Shown: positions 9,801 through 17,996 of the stretch, in pieces | Position numbering within the stretch: position 1 is the first letter of the stretch | Layout of the letters: every line of letters begins with the position of its first letter | DNA from: Rhizaria sp. SCN 62-66 | Lineage: Eukaryota | Length of the DNA: 20,000 bases | Assembly (NCBI GenBank): GCA_001724265.1 | Contig: MEDY01000256.1 | Coordinates: forward strand, 56,754-76,753 | Direction of reading: 5' to 3' | Translations under genes and position numbers: made by a program | Notes under the pieces: generated by a model | Databases searched by the model: none | The model's input: only the letters and a program-made list of their open reading frames with translations | What the model was told of the DNA's origin: nothing

Positions 9801-10071
9801 CGCGGTCAACGCCATCTACCACGAGCTGCTGCGCGGGCAGATCCGCCGCTCGCAGGTCATTTCGGGCGAGGACCCGCGCGAGGCACTGCTGCGGCACCAC
9901 GGCGAGGGGCTGCCCTCGTGGACCGCGGGCGCGTACGCCAAGACGCAGCCCAAGCCGGTCTTCGCCGAGGCGCGCGAAGGCGAGGAGGTCGAGGTCGAGG
10001 TCGACGCCACCGCGGGCAAGGCCAAGGTGCTCAGCGTCGCCGGGCGCAGCAGCAACAGCAACAATAAGTGA
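6874..10071 (+). CDS. WDR70: WD repeat-containing protein 70 (WDR70/GAD-1 family), 1065 aa, apparently single exon, with Ala/Ser-rich insertions
   Basis: Family-typical motifs: PLSHIIELHGHTRPVTALAL...GRVVTGGLDG..NFYDFGGLD; SRDG....FAKGYPYITDLRQTKGH.....GCWHP; GDDGTVRLWD; SVKVWDLR; C-terminal EDPREALLRH....SW...AYAKTQPKPVF. The N-terminal QMARLGLPVSF resembles the family's N-terminal 'MGF..F' element. Confidence 0.9.
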   Translation: MDEETAAQMARLGLPVSFVSTAKGPAAAAAPTAPRVQSGPVTAPTSASAGLASMMQRSAAAASARAPAALPSSSSSSAASVASQQQKGAMKPAAMNMLAAYGDSDSSGSDSDNDSFGPAPARAATATTTPAANATATVAATASGAGSSAASVIASADSDTIEQQRQRPRLATAHDATVTRNKHATSSTRSDSGDSDNDVTFGPRPVPAAAATAAATPATATVSASASAFATESSADSIQTAAATDATAAAAAAAPTATVAAAAAAVAVPAKPQRSSAFVDFSDDSDAYSDSDSDTADIEKKQVPRKATAQQQPSTSDGTRESPSSSLWTADSAPLSHIIELHGHTRPVTALALAPGNGRVVTGGLDGRLNFYDFGGLDSGFNPWIEKTIADGHAVHHIAFAPRLAHSSGASSSTSSSRASSSSSSEGQLLVLTSGPQPELWSRDGRRVLTFAKGYPYITDLRQTKGHVSAVRDGCWHPAAAAGLATCGDDGTVRLWDAETAAAACVETIKLRPAAGAAPFAAAATASAGASTSAAGQQLRNGLATRLLTTAVAYAPSGRSLAVAATDGVVRVFDASAGSKYLFPALTLPRAHAPGTTTSCVAFAPGDSHILVTRGGDGDGAARERHPGAGHNAAVAAGADAGTVAWTVAPLLGYQSTLSSSSGDGGDNGGVGDGVAAAHARAGSVKVWDLRSPRAPLAAVYGLGNRFDGTDVCWSPDGRWLVTGVSAVSDAGAAPVDGALAGGFGGDEAGQTAMAAGLNAIASASDAAADAAAAGVVKREPGLFDTFVKSEPNEDGDDFSSNAHAAVADRSHDDDSDDDDDDDGGMGRFRAPAPTQAGGGVAFLSTATWAHCHTASLPRGASGIRVRWPATLDQVFASTSLGTTAVAFTRGRSTGGVLPALGKRAKPSASAAVSAEHARYDGATVFAPGSEDDPQTRKRREALAQRKALGLSTKPGSSVATGGAAAGAGTAAESGRAVNAIYHELLRGQIRRSQVISGEDPREALLRHHGEGLPSWTAGAYAKTQPKPVFAEAREGEEVEVEVDATAGKAKVLSVAGRSSNSNNK

Positions 10072-10142
10072 GTTTCCTACGTCGTCATCAGTATGAAACA
10101 AATCAAGTTGAGTCTAAAAGTACAGCGTGTTTGCGAGTCTAA

Positions 10143-10160
10143 AATAAACGGTGCTTTATT
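10143..10160. terminator. Back-to-back candidate polyadenylation signals for the convergent WDR70 and VAMP genes
   Basis: AATAAA on + at 10143-10148 and AATAAA on - (tttatt) at 10155-10160. A GT/T-rich tract lies downstream on + at about 10205-10260. Confidence 0.45.
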
Positions 10161-10394
10161 ATTTTGATCATATTACTGATTAATAGTTATTGAGGATGGG
10201 GGAATGTTGTGTTGTGGTGTTAGTTTTTCTTTTTGATGCTATTGTTTTCATGTTCGTGTTTGTTATGTGCGTAAGTCCATAAGAGTTACAAACCCAGACC
10301 AGACTCCAATGAACACACATGTGATATCACAGCTCAATTCATACAGTGCGTCCAACATACATGCGCATACATAGAATGATTGTCATCTTCGCGC

Positions 10395-10919
10395 TTATGA
10401 GGTGGCCCACCAGATGATGAGGGCGACGACGGCGATGACGATGAGGACGATGACGAAGATCATGCGGTAGTAGGACACGCAGTAGCGGCGGCGCACCTGG
10501 TTGGACCGGGTGCCGAACACGCGCGCGTCCTCCTCCAGCTGGCGCGACTTGTTGCCCAGGTCGTCCAGGTCCTCACCGCGGGTGATGGCGCTGTGCGGCG
10601 GGGAGACGGACAGCGCAGGCAAGAGGGGACAAAGACATATATGAGTGGTGAGTGGAGTTCAAGAGGAGTTGAGTCGGGAGATTGCAAGAAAAGAGGATAT
10701 ACAGAGTGAAGCTTGTTGTAAGAGAGAGCAATAGAGATGCAAGAGACAATACATCGCGTTCATGAGGAAGGAGATGCTTAGGTTATCTTGTTGTGGGGCG
10801 TACCGGCTGATGTTGTCCTTCATGACGACCTTGAGCTCGTCGACCTGGGTGCGGACGCGGTCCAGGTTGTCCGTCTCATCACGGCCCACGAGCGGGGTCT
10901 TCTGGTTCGGCTGACTCAT
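10395..10919 (-). CDS. Synaptobrevin/VAMP-family R-SNARE, 103 aa; exons complement(10804..10919, 10395..10590)
   Basis: Spliced product: MSQPNQKTPLVGRDETDNLDRVRTQVDELKVVMKDNISRAITRGEDLDDLGNKSRQLEEDARVFGTRSNQVRRRYCVSYYRMIFVIVLIVIAVVALIIWWATS. It has an R-SNARE motif with the zero-layer Arg (RGE), a basic juxtamembrane segment and a C-terminal TM helix. The phase-2 junction CG|C restores the frame. Confidence 0.93.
10591..10803 (-). other. Spliceosomal intron of the VAMP gene (213 nt)
   Basis: Donor GTACGC, acceptor ...ccccgccgcacAG. Removing it joins the two halves of the SNARE motif in frame. Confidence 0.9.
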
Positions 10920-11928
10920 TGCTGCGAGGGCAAAGGCAGGACCTACACGTGAGCAAGCGAGTGACGGTTGCGAAGGTAGGCGAGAGAGCGACCAGGCGGG
11001 GCGAGTGCGAAGGAGAGGAAACGTAGGAGAAGAGGGTAGCATTCAAGGAGGGTCGCGCAAAGGGTCGGGAGAAGAGGAAAGGAAAGGCGATCAGGGCGGT
11101 TGTGAGCAAAAGAAGAAAGATAAATATATTGGCATCGCATCGCAGTTGCTACTGGTATCATTTTGACGTAGCGGAGCGGCTACACAGGGCTCCGGAACAA
11201 AGTTGGAGGAGAGACGACGTCGGCAGGAGCGGTTCTGCGACATCAGTTCCAGACCCACACATCCGAGAGACCACAACACAAAAGAGAAAGCAAATAGAGT
11301 GATGGAACAGCTAGCAATATTGAATTTCGATTTTCCCGCTGTGCCTTGTCAGACTGATATCATGCTCTTTTCCTTCTGAGACCCTTCGTGGTGGTGATCA
11401 AACATGGAAGAGAACACAAGTTGTATTAGGATCAAAGGCCAAACACGCTAAAATCACATTAACATGAAAAGTAATTGTTGCAAAAGCAAAAATAAAGTGC
11501 AACGCAAATATCACAATACAGATTCGTTGCCGTACTTGAGTATCATTCTGAATCTCACCCATCTCAAAGTCGATATCTCAGGAATTCATCGCAGTTAGTT
11601 CGGTTCAAGAGTAACTCACGGGCATAATATGATGATAATGATTTACGAATTAAGGTCAATCTTGTATTGTATCTCTCAGTATGCTGATCTGAGCTTCAAA
11701 ATGGCCAGTTGGCCCGCAACCAAGTCCATACGCAGGACGTTTGTTACGTTTGCGTGCACTGGCCAACCAATAACCTAGCGAGACCCACGAAGATACAAGC
11801 ATGCGCACAGATATTAAACAGAAATGGGAATAAACATAGAAGACATGGCTGTCAATGAGGTCTTGAAATGACTGCGTGAACACTCTTACGACTGAGTTGA
11901 GGTCGCTCACTAATCAAAGTTATTTAGT

Positions 11929-11939
11929 TCACTGATGCG

Positions 11940-11973
<34 letters not shown>

Positions 11974-14900
11974 CAGCTGCTGAGCCATCAGCATCGTATG
12001 ACACCGCTGGTAGTACTCGGCATACTGCTGCGGCGTGTACTGCTGCTGCCCCTGTCCCATCTGCTGTTGAGGCAAGCTCTGCTGCATCTGCACATGCGGC
12101 TGCGGCTGCTGCTGCTGCTGCAGCTGAGACGGCTGCTGCGGCGACTGCTGGCGGTGCTGGTGCTGCAGCAGCGCCTGCTGGTACTGCGCGTGCTGCTGCT
12201 GCGCGTAAGCGTACTGAGCCATCGCGGCCGCCTGCTGTTGCTGCTGGTACTGCTGCTGATACTGGTACTGCGCATGCGCCTGCGCCTGCGCAGCGGCGGC
12301 CATCACCTGCTGCTGCTGCTGCTGCTGCAGCTGCAGATGGTACTGGTACTGCGCCTGCGCATGCGTCTGCGCCTGCGCCATCGCACTCTCCGCCGCAGCG
12401 TTGCTGCTGCTGCTGTGGCTGCTGTTGGCGGCCACGGCGGCGTGCGCGTGCGAGCGGGCGGCCGCGAGCGCGCGCATCGCGGGCCCGACCAGGCGCGTCC
12501 ACTGCTGCTGCTGCTGCTGTTGCTGCTGGTCACGGAGACTGGCGGTCGCGGCGGATGAGGCGCGCTGCTGGTTGAGCAGCTGCTGTTGATGCTGCTGCTG
12601 CAGCTGGAGCTGATGCAGCCGGCTGTAGCTACTGTAGTTGCTGCTGTTGTTGTTGTGGCTGGCCATCGCGTTGACGGCGACGGTGAAGGCCCACGAACGG
12701 TCGCTGACAGCGGGCACGCCCGCCGCCGCTGTCGCAGCAGAGGGAGCGGACACGGCAGCGGCAGCGGCACCGGCGTCTGCGCCTGCGGCAGTGGCAGCGG
12801 TGTGGACGGTGCTTGCGTCGTCGGCGACGACGTTGTAGGCCGCGGCAGTCTGGAAGATGGGGGCGTCGGCCACGGTGTACATGGACACCGAGGGCGCAAC
12901 AGTTGCGGAGGCGATAGGGTAGGCGCGCGAGGCGGCGCGCGGGCGCACGACGCGGTCGTTCTCGCCCTCGTACAGCCCGCCCGCGCCCGCGCCCACAGGC
13001 GCAGCAAAGGCGGCAGCCGCGGCGGCGGCCGGCGCGCCCACGGGCAGCAGCTCGGTGCCCAGCGCCTGCGTGTCGAGCGTGGCGGCCAGGTCCACGTTGT
13101 CGGCCAGCGCCATCGCGCTCGCGAGCGCCGACACGGCGGCGGGCGCCAAGGTGGCTTGCACCGCGCCCGCGCCCGCGCCGACCAGCCCGGCGGCGGGCGC
13201 GGCGGCGGCGGCGGCGGCAGCGGATACGGCTGCGGACGCCGCGGCCTCGGCGGCGAGCTCAGAGCCCAGGTGGCGCACGACGCCGCTCATGTCGCGGGCC
13301 GCGAAGCGCGCCACGGGGCGCGTACCCGCCGCGTGCACAGCCTCCGCGGAGCCAGCCGCGCCGCCGGACTTGGCGCGCGGAGGCGTCAGTGTGAGCGCGT
13401 TGCCGCTGCCGCTGGTGCTGGCTGCGGCGTCCGCGGCAGTGAGCGCGGGGACCGCGGGGAAGAGGCCCGCGCCGCCGGCCTTGGCCTGTTGGCCGAGCGC
13501 CATGTGCGTCAGCAGCGCCTCGGGCAGCGCGCCGGGAGCCGCGGTGACGCGCCCGACCGTCGCGGCGGCGGCGCTGCCGGGGGCACCGGTGAGCAGTGGC
13601 ACGGCGCCCGCGGTGACACGCTTGCGCGAGCCGCCTGCGCCGCGGCTCACCGTCACCGAGGCGGCCGCGGCTCCAGCGAGCGCGCCGCCCGCCTTGGAGG
13701 CGAGGAAGGCCTGCTCGAGCGCGCCCGCGGCGCCATGGCCGAGGCCGAGACCCTGCTGCTGTTGTTGTGCCTGAGCGTGCGACTGCGACTGGGCGTGGCC
13801 GTGGGCAGGGGAGGAGCCGGCGGAGCCGGTCGCGGTGCGTGTGCGCTTGGGGGTGGCTCTCGGCACGCCGGCGCTGCTGCTGCTCGTCGCCGCGTCGTGG
13901 TCCGTGGCGTCTGTGTCGTAGCCGTCGTCGAAGTTGTTGTGGCCGTCGTCGTCCGCGTTGTCGTCATCGTTGTCGTCGTCGCTGCTGCTCGCGTCCATCA
14001 TAGCAGCCGCCGCGGCCGCGGCAGCCGCAGCCGCCGCGGCCGCGCCGCCGCGCGCGGGCTGTCCGCCACGGCCCGCCGCAGCCGCAGCCGCCGCGCGGGG
14101 CGGGGGCGCGAAGGTGGCATTGGGCGCGGGCGGGATATTCTGGCCGGCCTTGGGTCCGCCCTTCGCCTCGGCGAGCAGCTCGCGGTGGAACTGTTCGCAC
14201 ATCGCGCCCGTGCGGCCCGGCAGCAGCATCGCGAAGTATCCCCACGCTTTGGGCTCGGGCGCGCGCAGCTCGAGGTGCGTCTCGAACGCGCGGCGCTCGC
14301 AGTCACGCCACGGCGTGTCGATGCGCGCGATGCCGGGCGGCGGGTAGTGCATGTAGTACTTGTTCGGGTCCGTCGCGATGCCGCGCCACGCGCGCTGGCG
14401 CTCCAGCGACCACGTAGGGAAGTCAGAGGGCAGCCAGAGCGGAGGCGGGTGGTTCGGGTTGCCGCTGCGCGCGGGCGCGGCGGCGGGGGTGGCGGCGGGA
14501 GTGGTGGCAGGCGCGGCAGCAGCGGCAGCCGAGGTGGTCGTAGTAGCAGCAGAAGAAGAGGAGGATGAAGCTGCAACGGGTGCGCGCGGACGCGGGGTGG
14601 TGCGCGTGGCGGGCGTAGGGGTCGCAGGGGACGCAGTGGGTGCCGTGGAGGCGGACGCAGTGGCGGAAGCGTCCGCAGAGGCGACGGACGCTGTGGTGTC
14701 GTCGCTCATGGTGACGGATGTAGCAGCAGCCGGGGCGAGGGACGGAACGGCGGCGTCAGCGTCAGCAGTAGTGTCAGTGAGAGACGCGGCCTCGATGTCG
14801 TCGGTGTCGCCGTCTGGAGGAGAAACGAAGGAGAGCAAAGCGCACGCCGTGAGCGGTCAGGCTGGAGCAAGATGGGGTTGAGTGCAGTGGGAAGGGCAAC

Positions 14901-14978
14901 GAGAGGGAAAATGAACGTACTGGACTGGCGGAGCAGAAGAGCAATCTGCTGCCGCTCAGTAAGAAAAGGGCGACTCAT
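11929..14978 (-). CDS. Myb/SANT-like domain protein with Ala-rich middle and poly-Gln C-terminus, 980 aa; exons complement(14921..14978, 11929..14813)
   Basis: Exon 1 (MSRPFLTERQQIALLLRQS plus one base) splices in frame (A|AC = Asn) to the 969-aa ORF. The globular segment at about 14170-14460, WSLERQRAWRGIATDPNKYYMHYPPPG...PWRDCERRAFETHLELRAPEPKAWGYFAMLLPGRTGAMCEQFHRELL, matches the Myb/SANT pattern W..E...F...W..[F/I]A..LPGRT...C..F. Confidence 0.8.
11935..12615 (-). repeat. CAG-rich trinucleotide tracts encoding poly-Gln and Q/Y/A-rich low-complexity sequence
   Basis: Multiple (ctg)n runs on the + strand. Protein reads QQQQQQQQQ, AQAQAHAQYQYQQQYQQQQQ and similar. Confidence 0.9.
14814..14920 (-). 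other. Spliceosomal intron of the Myb-like gene (107 nt)
   Basis: Donor GTACGT, pyrimidine-rich body, acceptor ...ccttcgtttctcctccAG. Phase 1 matches on both sides. Confidence 0.85.
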
Positions 14979-15551
14979 GGAAAGAGCGGCGTGCAGGTGT
15001 CAGAGTCTAGATGTCCAGAACTACGACACCAGAGCCTAGCGAAAACAAGCGGAAAAGAGCCAGAGTCGGGCGAAGTGAACGGGCAAATTAGATTAGATAG
15101 AATAGGGGAATTTGTCCCAACTTTAGAAATTGAACAAGACGATATAATACAATTGGCTATTTTATACAATATGCACAGTCTATTATTGCGTTACAACACA
15201 AGGCTGCAGTATACTGCACCATTTTCACTTTCTCACAGGTTCTCCCGCCCAATTTGAACCCGGCGCTGAAGACGCCAATCGCGCGCGAGTGACCGTGAGC
15301 ACTTGTGTCAAAGATGGCGGACGGCTTCACTTAACCCAAACGGTCCAAACCCCCTCCACAGGAAATGTTAATCGTTCTGAATACCGTGACATGACCCTTA
15401 AATGAATCGCGCATAGAAGGAGCTAATGGAATGATCAAGTATATTTACTCCACAGTATTGTGAACTGCGTTCTAACCCTTCCTATGCCCTTTATTGGTCC
15501 AATCTTGTGATCTCCCCTCCCACCTCTATTTTTGTTCCCCAGGGTGTCGAC
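14979..15551. promoter_or_regulatory. Divergent promoter and 5'UTR region between the Myb-like gene and the cysteine protease
   Basis: 573-bp spacer between head-to-head ATGs, with CCAAT elements near 15249, at 15272-15282 (acgccaatcgc) and at 15493-15503. Confidence 0.55.
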
Positions 15552-17996
15552 ATGCGCTTCGTTGCGGTTGTCCTGATGGCTGCTGTCCTCGCGATGGCTT
15601 CTGCTGAGGAGGGTATCTTCAAGGTTTCGGAGTATCAGAACTGTACGTCACCTACCCCCCTCGATATGTGAGGAAAGCTTCATGCGTCGCTTGTTCGACG
15701 TCGTCGTCTCCACGCCCTCCTTTTGGCCGTCTTGTTTTGAACTCTCCACGACTCCCATATGCTTAAAGCTCGGAATTTTGATGGATGTCATATCTATTGT
15801 GGCCTTGCTACTGTGCCATGATATTGCCCAACTTGAATTATGCCTTTATGATCATTTTCAGGTGTTTTTCACTCAAACCCCGACCGCCACCCACTCACCT
15901 TTGCTCTCCTTTCCACCCCCATCTTGCGCCATTACTCTTACTGTCTGTTTTTTCGCACACCTCTCTGACTGGGACCACTTTCTCCGTTGCAGTCTTCACC
16001 AACTTCATGACCAAGTTCAAGAAGACCTTCTCTGCTGCGGCTGTCAAGCTGAAGCTCGAAGTCTTCAAGAAGAACGTCGACATGATCACTCAGCACAACG
16101 CTAACAAGAATATGAAGTACAAGCTCGCTGTCAACGGCTTCGCTGACCTCACCGCCGCCGAGTTCTCCAAGTACCTCGGTCTCAAGCCCCCCGCGAGTGC
16201 CTACCGCTCCCTCCTCGAGGCCAAGTCCGAGACCGCGTCGCAGGACGAGGTCTTCTCCCTCATCGAGGCCGCCGTCGACGCCGAGGTTGAGGCCGAGTAC
16301 GACCTCATGGTACGTTGTATTTTACATGTTATTATTGAGTGCTGCTTGATGTACATGATATCTAAACTCATGCCTTAAAGCTCACGTGACAAATCGACCG
16401 TTTTCCTGCTGTCATAATTGCAATCACACTATATTTTTCAATGTACTTATATCAACACTTTGGACTCAATTCAATGCAAAATTTGAATATATCTCTTGAA
16501 TTCACAAAATCAATGTTTAAAACAAATCCTAACGCAATATCAAATTGTTATCCTCATTTTCTATCATGCACCGTTACTACTACTTTAGGGTGACGACAAG
16601 CCCAAGAAGAAGTCCAAGAAGGAGCTCAAGGCTGAGAAGGAGGCTGCCGAGAAGGCCGCTGCCGAGAAGGCCCGCCAGGACAAGATCGCTGCCGACAAGG
16701 CTGCTGCCGAGAAGGCCGCGGCCGACCGTCAGGCCGAGTGGGAGGCCGCCCGTAAGGCGCAAGCCGACAAGCTCGCCGCTGAGCGCAAGGCTATCCAGGA
16801 CGCTCAGGACGCCGAGCTCGCCGCGTTCAAGATCACCGACTGGGTCGCTGCCGGCAAGGTCACCAAGGTCAAGAACCAGGGCGGCTGCGGTAGTTGCTGG
16901 TCGTTCGGCACCATCGGCGTCGTCGAGTCTGCGATTGCCATCAAGACGGGTGCCATGACCGACCTTTCGGAGCAGCAGCTCGTGTCCTGCGACACCTCCA
17001 ACAAGGGCTGCAACGGTGGCTGGTACACCGGCGCGTTCAAGCACCTCATCGACAACGGTGTTTTCGACGAGGCCGCCTACCCCTACAAGGGCATTGCCAG
17101 CGAGTGCCAATCGTCCAAGCTCACTCCCCTCAGCCACAAGGTCGCCAGCTACTCCCAGAAGTGGGGCTCCGACTACCAGCTCTTCAAGGCGCTTGAGCAG
17201 GGCCCTGCTGCCGTCGCCGTCGATGCCGGCAAGCTCCAGTTCTACGCCAGCGGTCTCTTCTACCCCACCAGCGCCAGCACCACCGTGCAGAACATGGCCA
17301 ACGCCCTCAACACCACCTGCACCACCCGCGGTACGTTCGCTTCGATATTCGGACATATGTTGCTATTTATTTTAAGAGTTGTTTTGTTGTTGACGAGTGA
17401 ATGTATTTCACACAAATCTGTTATTATTCGCCTGCTCATGAGTCGTTTTTTTTTTTTTTTGTTGTTGTTGTACGCATTGTTGTGTACGCACAGTCTCTCA
17501 CGCTGTGCTCCTTGTCGGCAACGGCAAGCTCGCTACTGGTGAGAAGTACTGGAACATCAAGGTGCGTTGCTTTATTTTTATAAGTGCGGTTATTTACAAC
17601 ATAATACGAGCCACGCAGATGTTTGATGTGAGCCCCATTTCGTTGATTTGCGGTCTCCCTTAAGTGACTCCAACGCTTCAGTGTTGACTGTCAATTTGAC
17701 GAAATCTTAAACGATTCCCCTATTAAGTCAATTATCTGTTTTGTATATATAGTTTCATTTGGAAACGCTGTCGTCTGGCCTGCGCATGTTTCGACCATGT
17801 CTGGGAGCTCTCAATGTCATGTTTTCGCCTCCCTTTCGCTCACTTTAACTCTAATTACCTTCCCACCCTTTACTATTACACTATGTAGAACTCGTGGGGC
17901 GAGACTTGGGGCGAGCGCGGCTATTTCCGGATGCCGCTGACTGGTGAGAACTTGTGCGGAATTCATGTCGGCGCGTTTAACGCTGTTATTGCGTAA
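15552..17996 (+). CDS. Papain-family (C1A) cathepsin L-like preproprotease, 441 aa; exons 15552..15642, 15993..16309, 16589..17330, 17494..17561, 17889..17996
   Basis: Signal peptide MRFVAVVLMAAVLAMASA. I29-type prodomain with a degenerate ERFNIN motif (KLEVFKKNVDMITQHN) and a GNFD-like motif (LAVNGFADLT). Mature domain DW...VTKVKNQGGCGSCWSF (catalytic Cys 16895-16897), LSEQQLVSCD, GCNGG, YPY, SHAVLLVG (His 17499-17501), YWNIK|NSWGETWGERGYF (Asn 17889-17891). Exons sum to 1326 nt with compatible phases and end in TAA. Confidence 0.93.
15643..15992 (+). other. Protease intron 1 (350 nt, phase 1)
   Basis: GTACGT...tttctccgttgcAG; T|TC = Phe. Confidence 0.85.
16310..16588 (+). other. Protease intron 2 (279 nt, phase 0)
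   Basis: GTACGT...tactactttAG; AT-rich body between GC-rich exons. Confidence 0.85.
17331..17493 (+). other. Protease intron 3 (163 nt, phase 1), with a T15 run at 17446-17460
   Basis: GTACGT...gtacgcacAG; G|TC = Val, placing the catalytic His in frame. Confidence 0.88.
17562..17888 (+). other. Protease intron 4 (327 nt, phase 0)
   Basis: GTGCGT...ctatgtAG; joins YWNIK to NSWG. Confidence 0.9.

Noticed and set aside
10068..10073. GTGAGT donor-like sequence overlapping the WDR70 stop codon
   Set aside because: The conserved C-terminal motif is already complete, I found no coding-like downstream exon before VAMP, and local donors are GTRCGY. It cannot be fully excluded without cDNA.
6798..10101. 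Overlapping alternative ORFs within WDR70
   Set aside because: High GC suppresses stop codons, and only the 6874..10071 frame has family motifs.
14814..14838. TTG start of the 969-aa ORF given in the track
   Set aside because: It lies in the intron's polypyrimidine tract. The spliced ATG at 14978 gives a better model.
11935..14881. Leu-rich and Arg/Gly-rich + strand ORFs (207 aa, 660 aa) opposite the Myb-like gene
   Set aside because: Poly-Leu is the antisense reading of CAG poly-Gln tracts, and there is no independent coding signal.
15311..15320. aagatggcgg, a YY1-like element or alternative ATG
   Set aside because: The reading frame closes after a few codons, and a single short motif is not enough to call a site.
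16580..17356. 258-aa minus-strand ORF over protease exon 3
   Set aside because: Antisense shadow of a strongly codon-biased exon.
1..17996. A functional gene cluster (tether, SNARE and lysosomal protease as a secretion system)
   Set aside because: The genes are interleaved with nuclear proteins (WDR70, Myb-like) in mixed orientations, and adjacency in a compact eukaryotic genome is not evidence of co-function.
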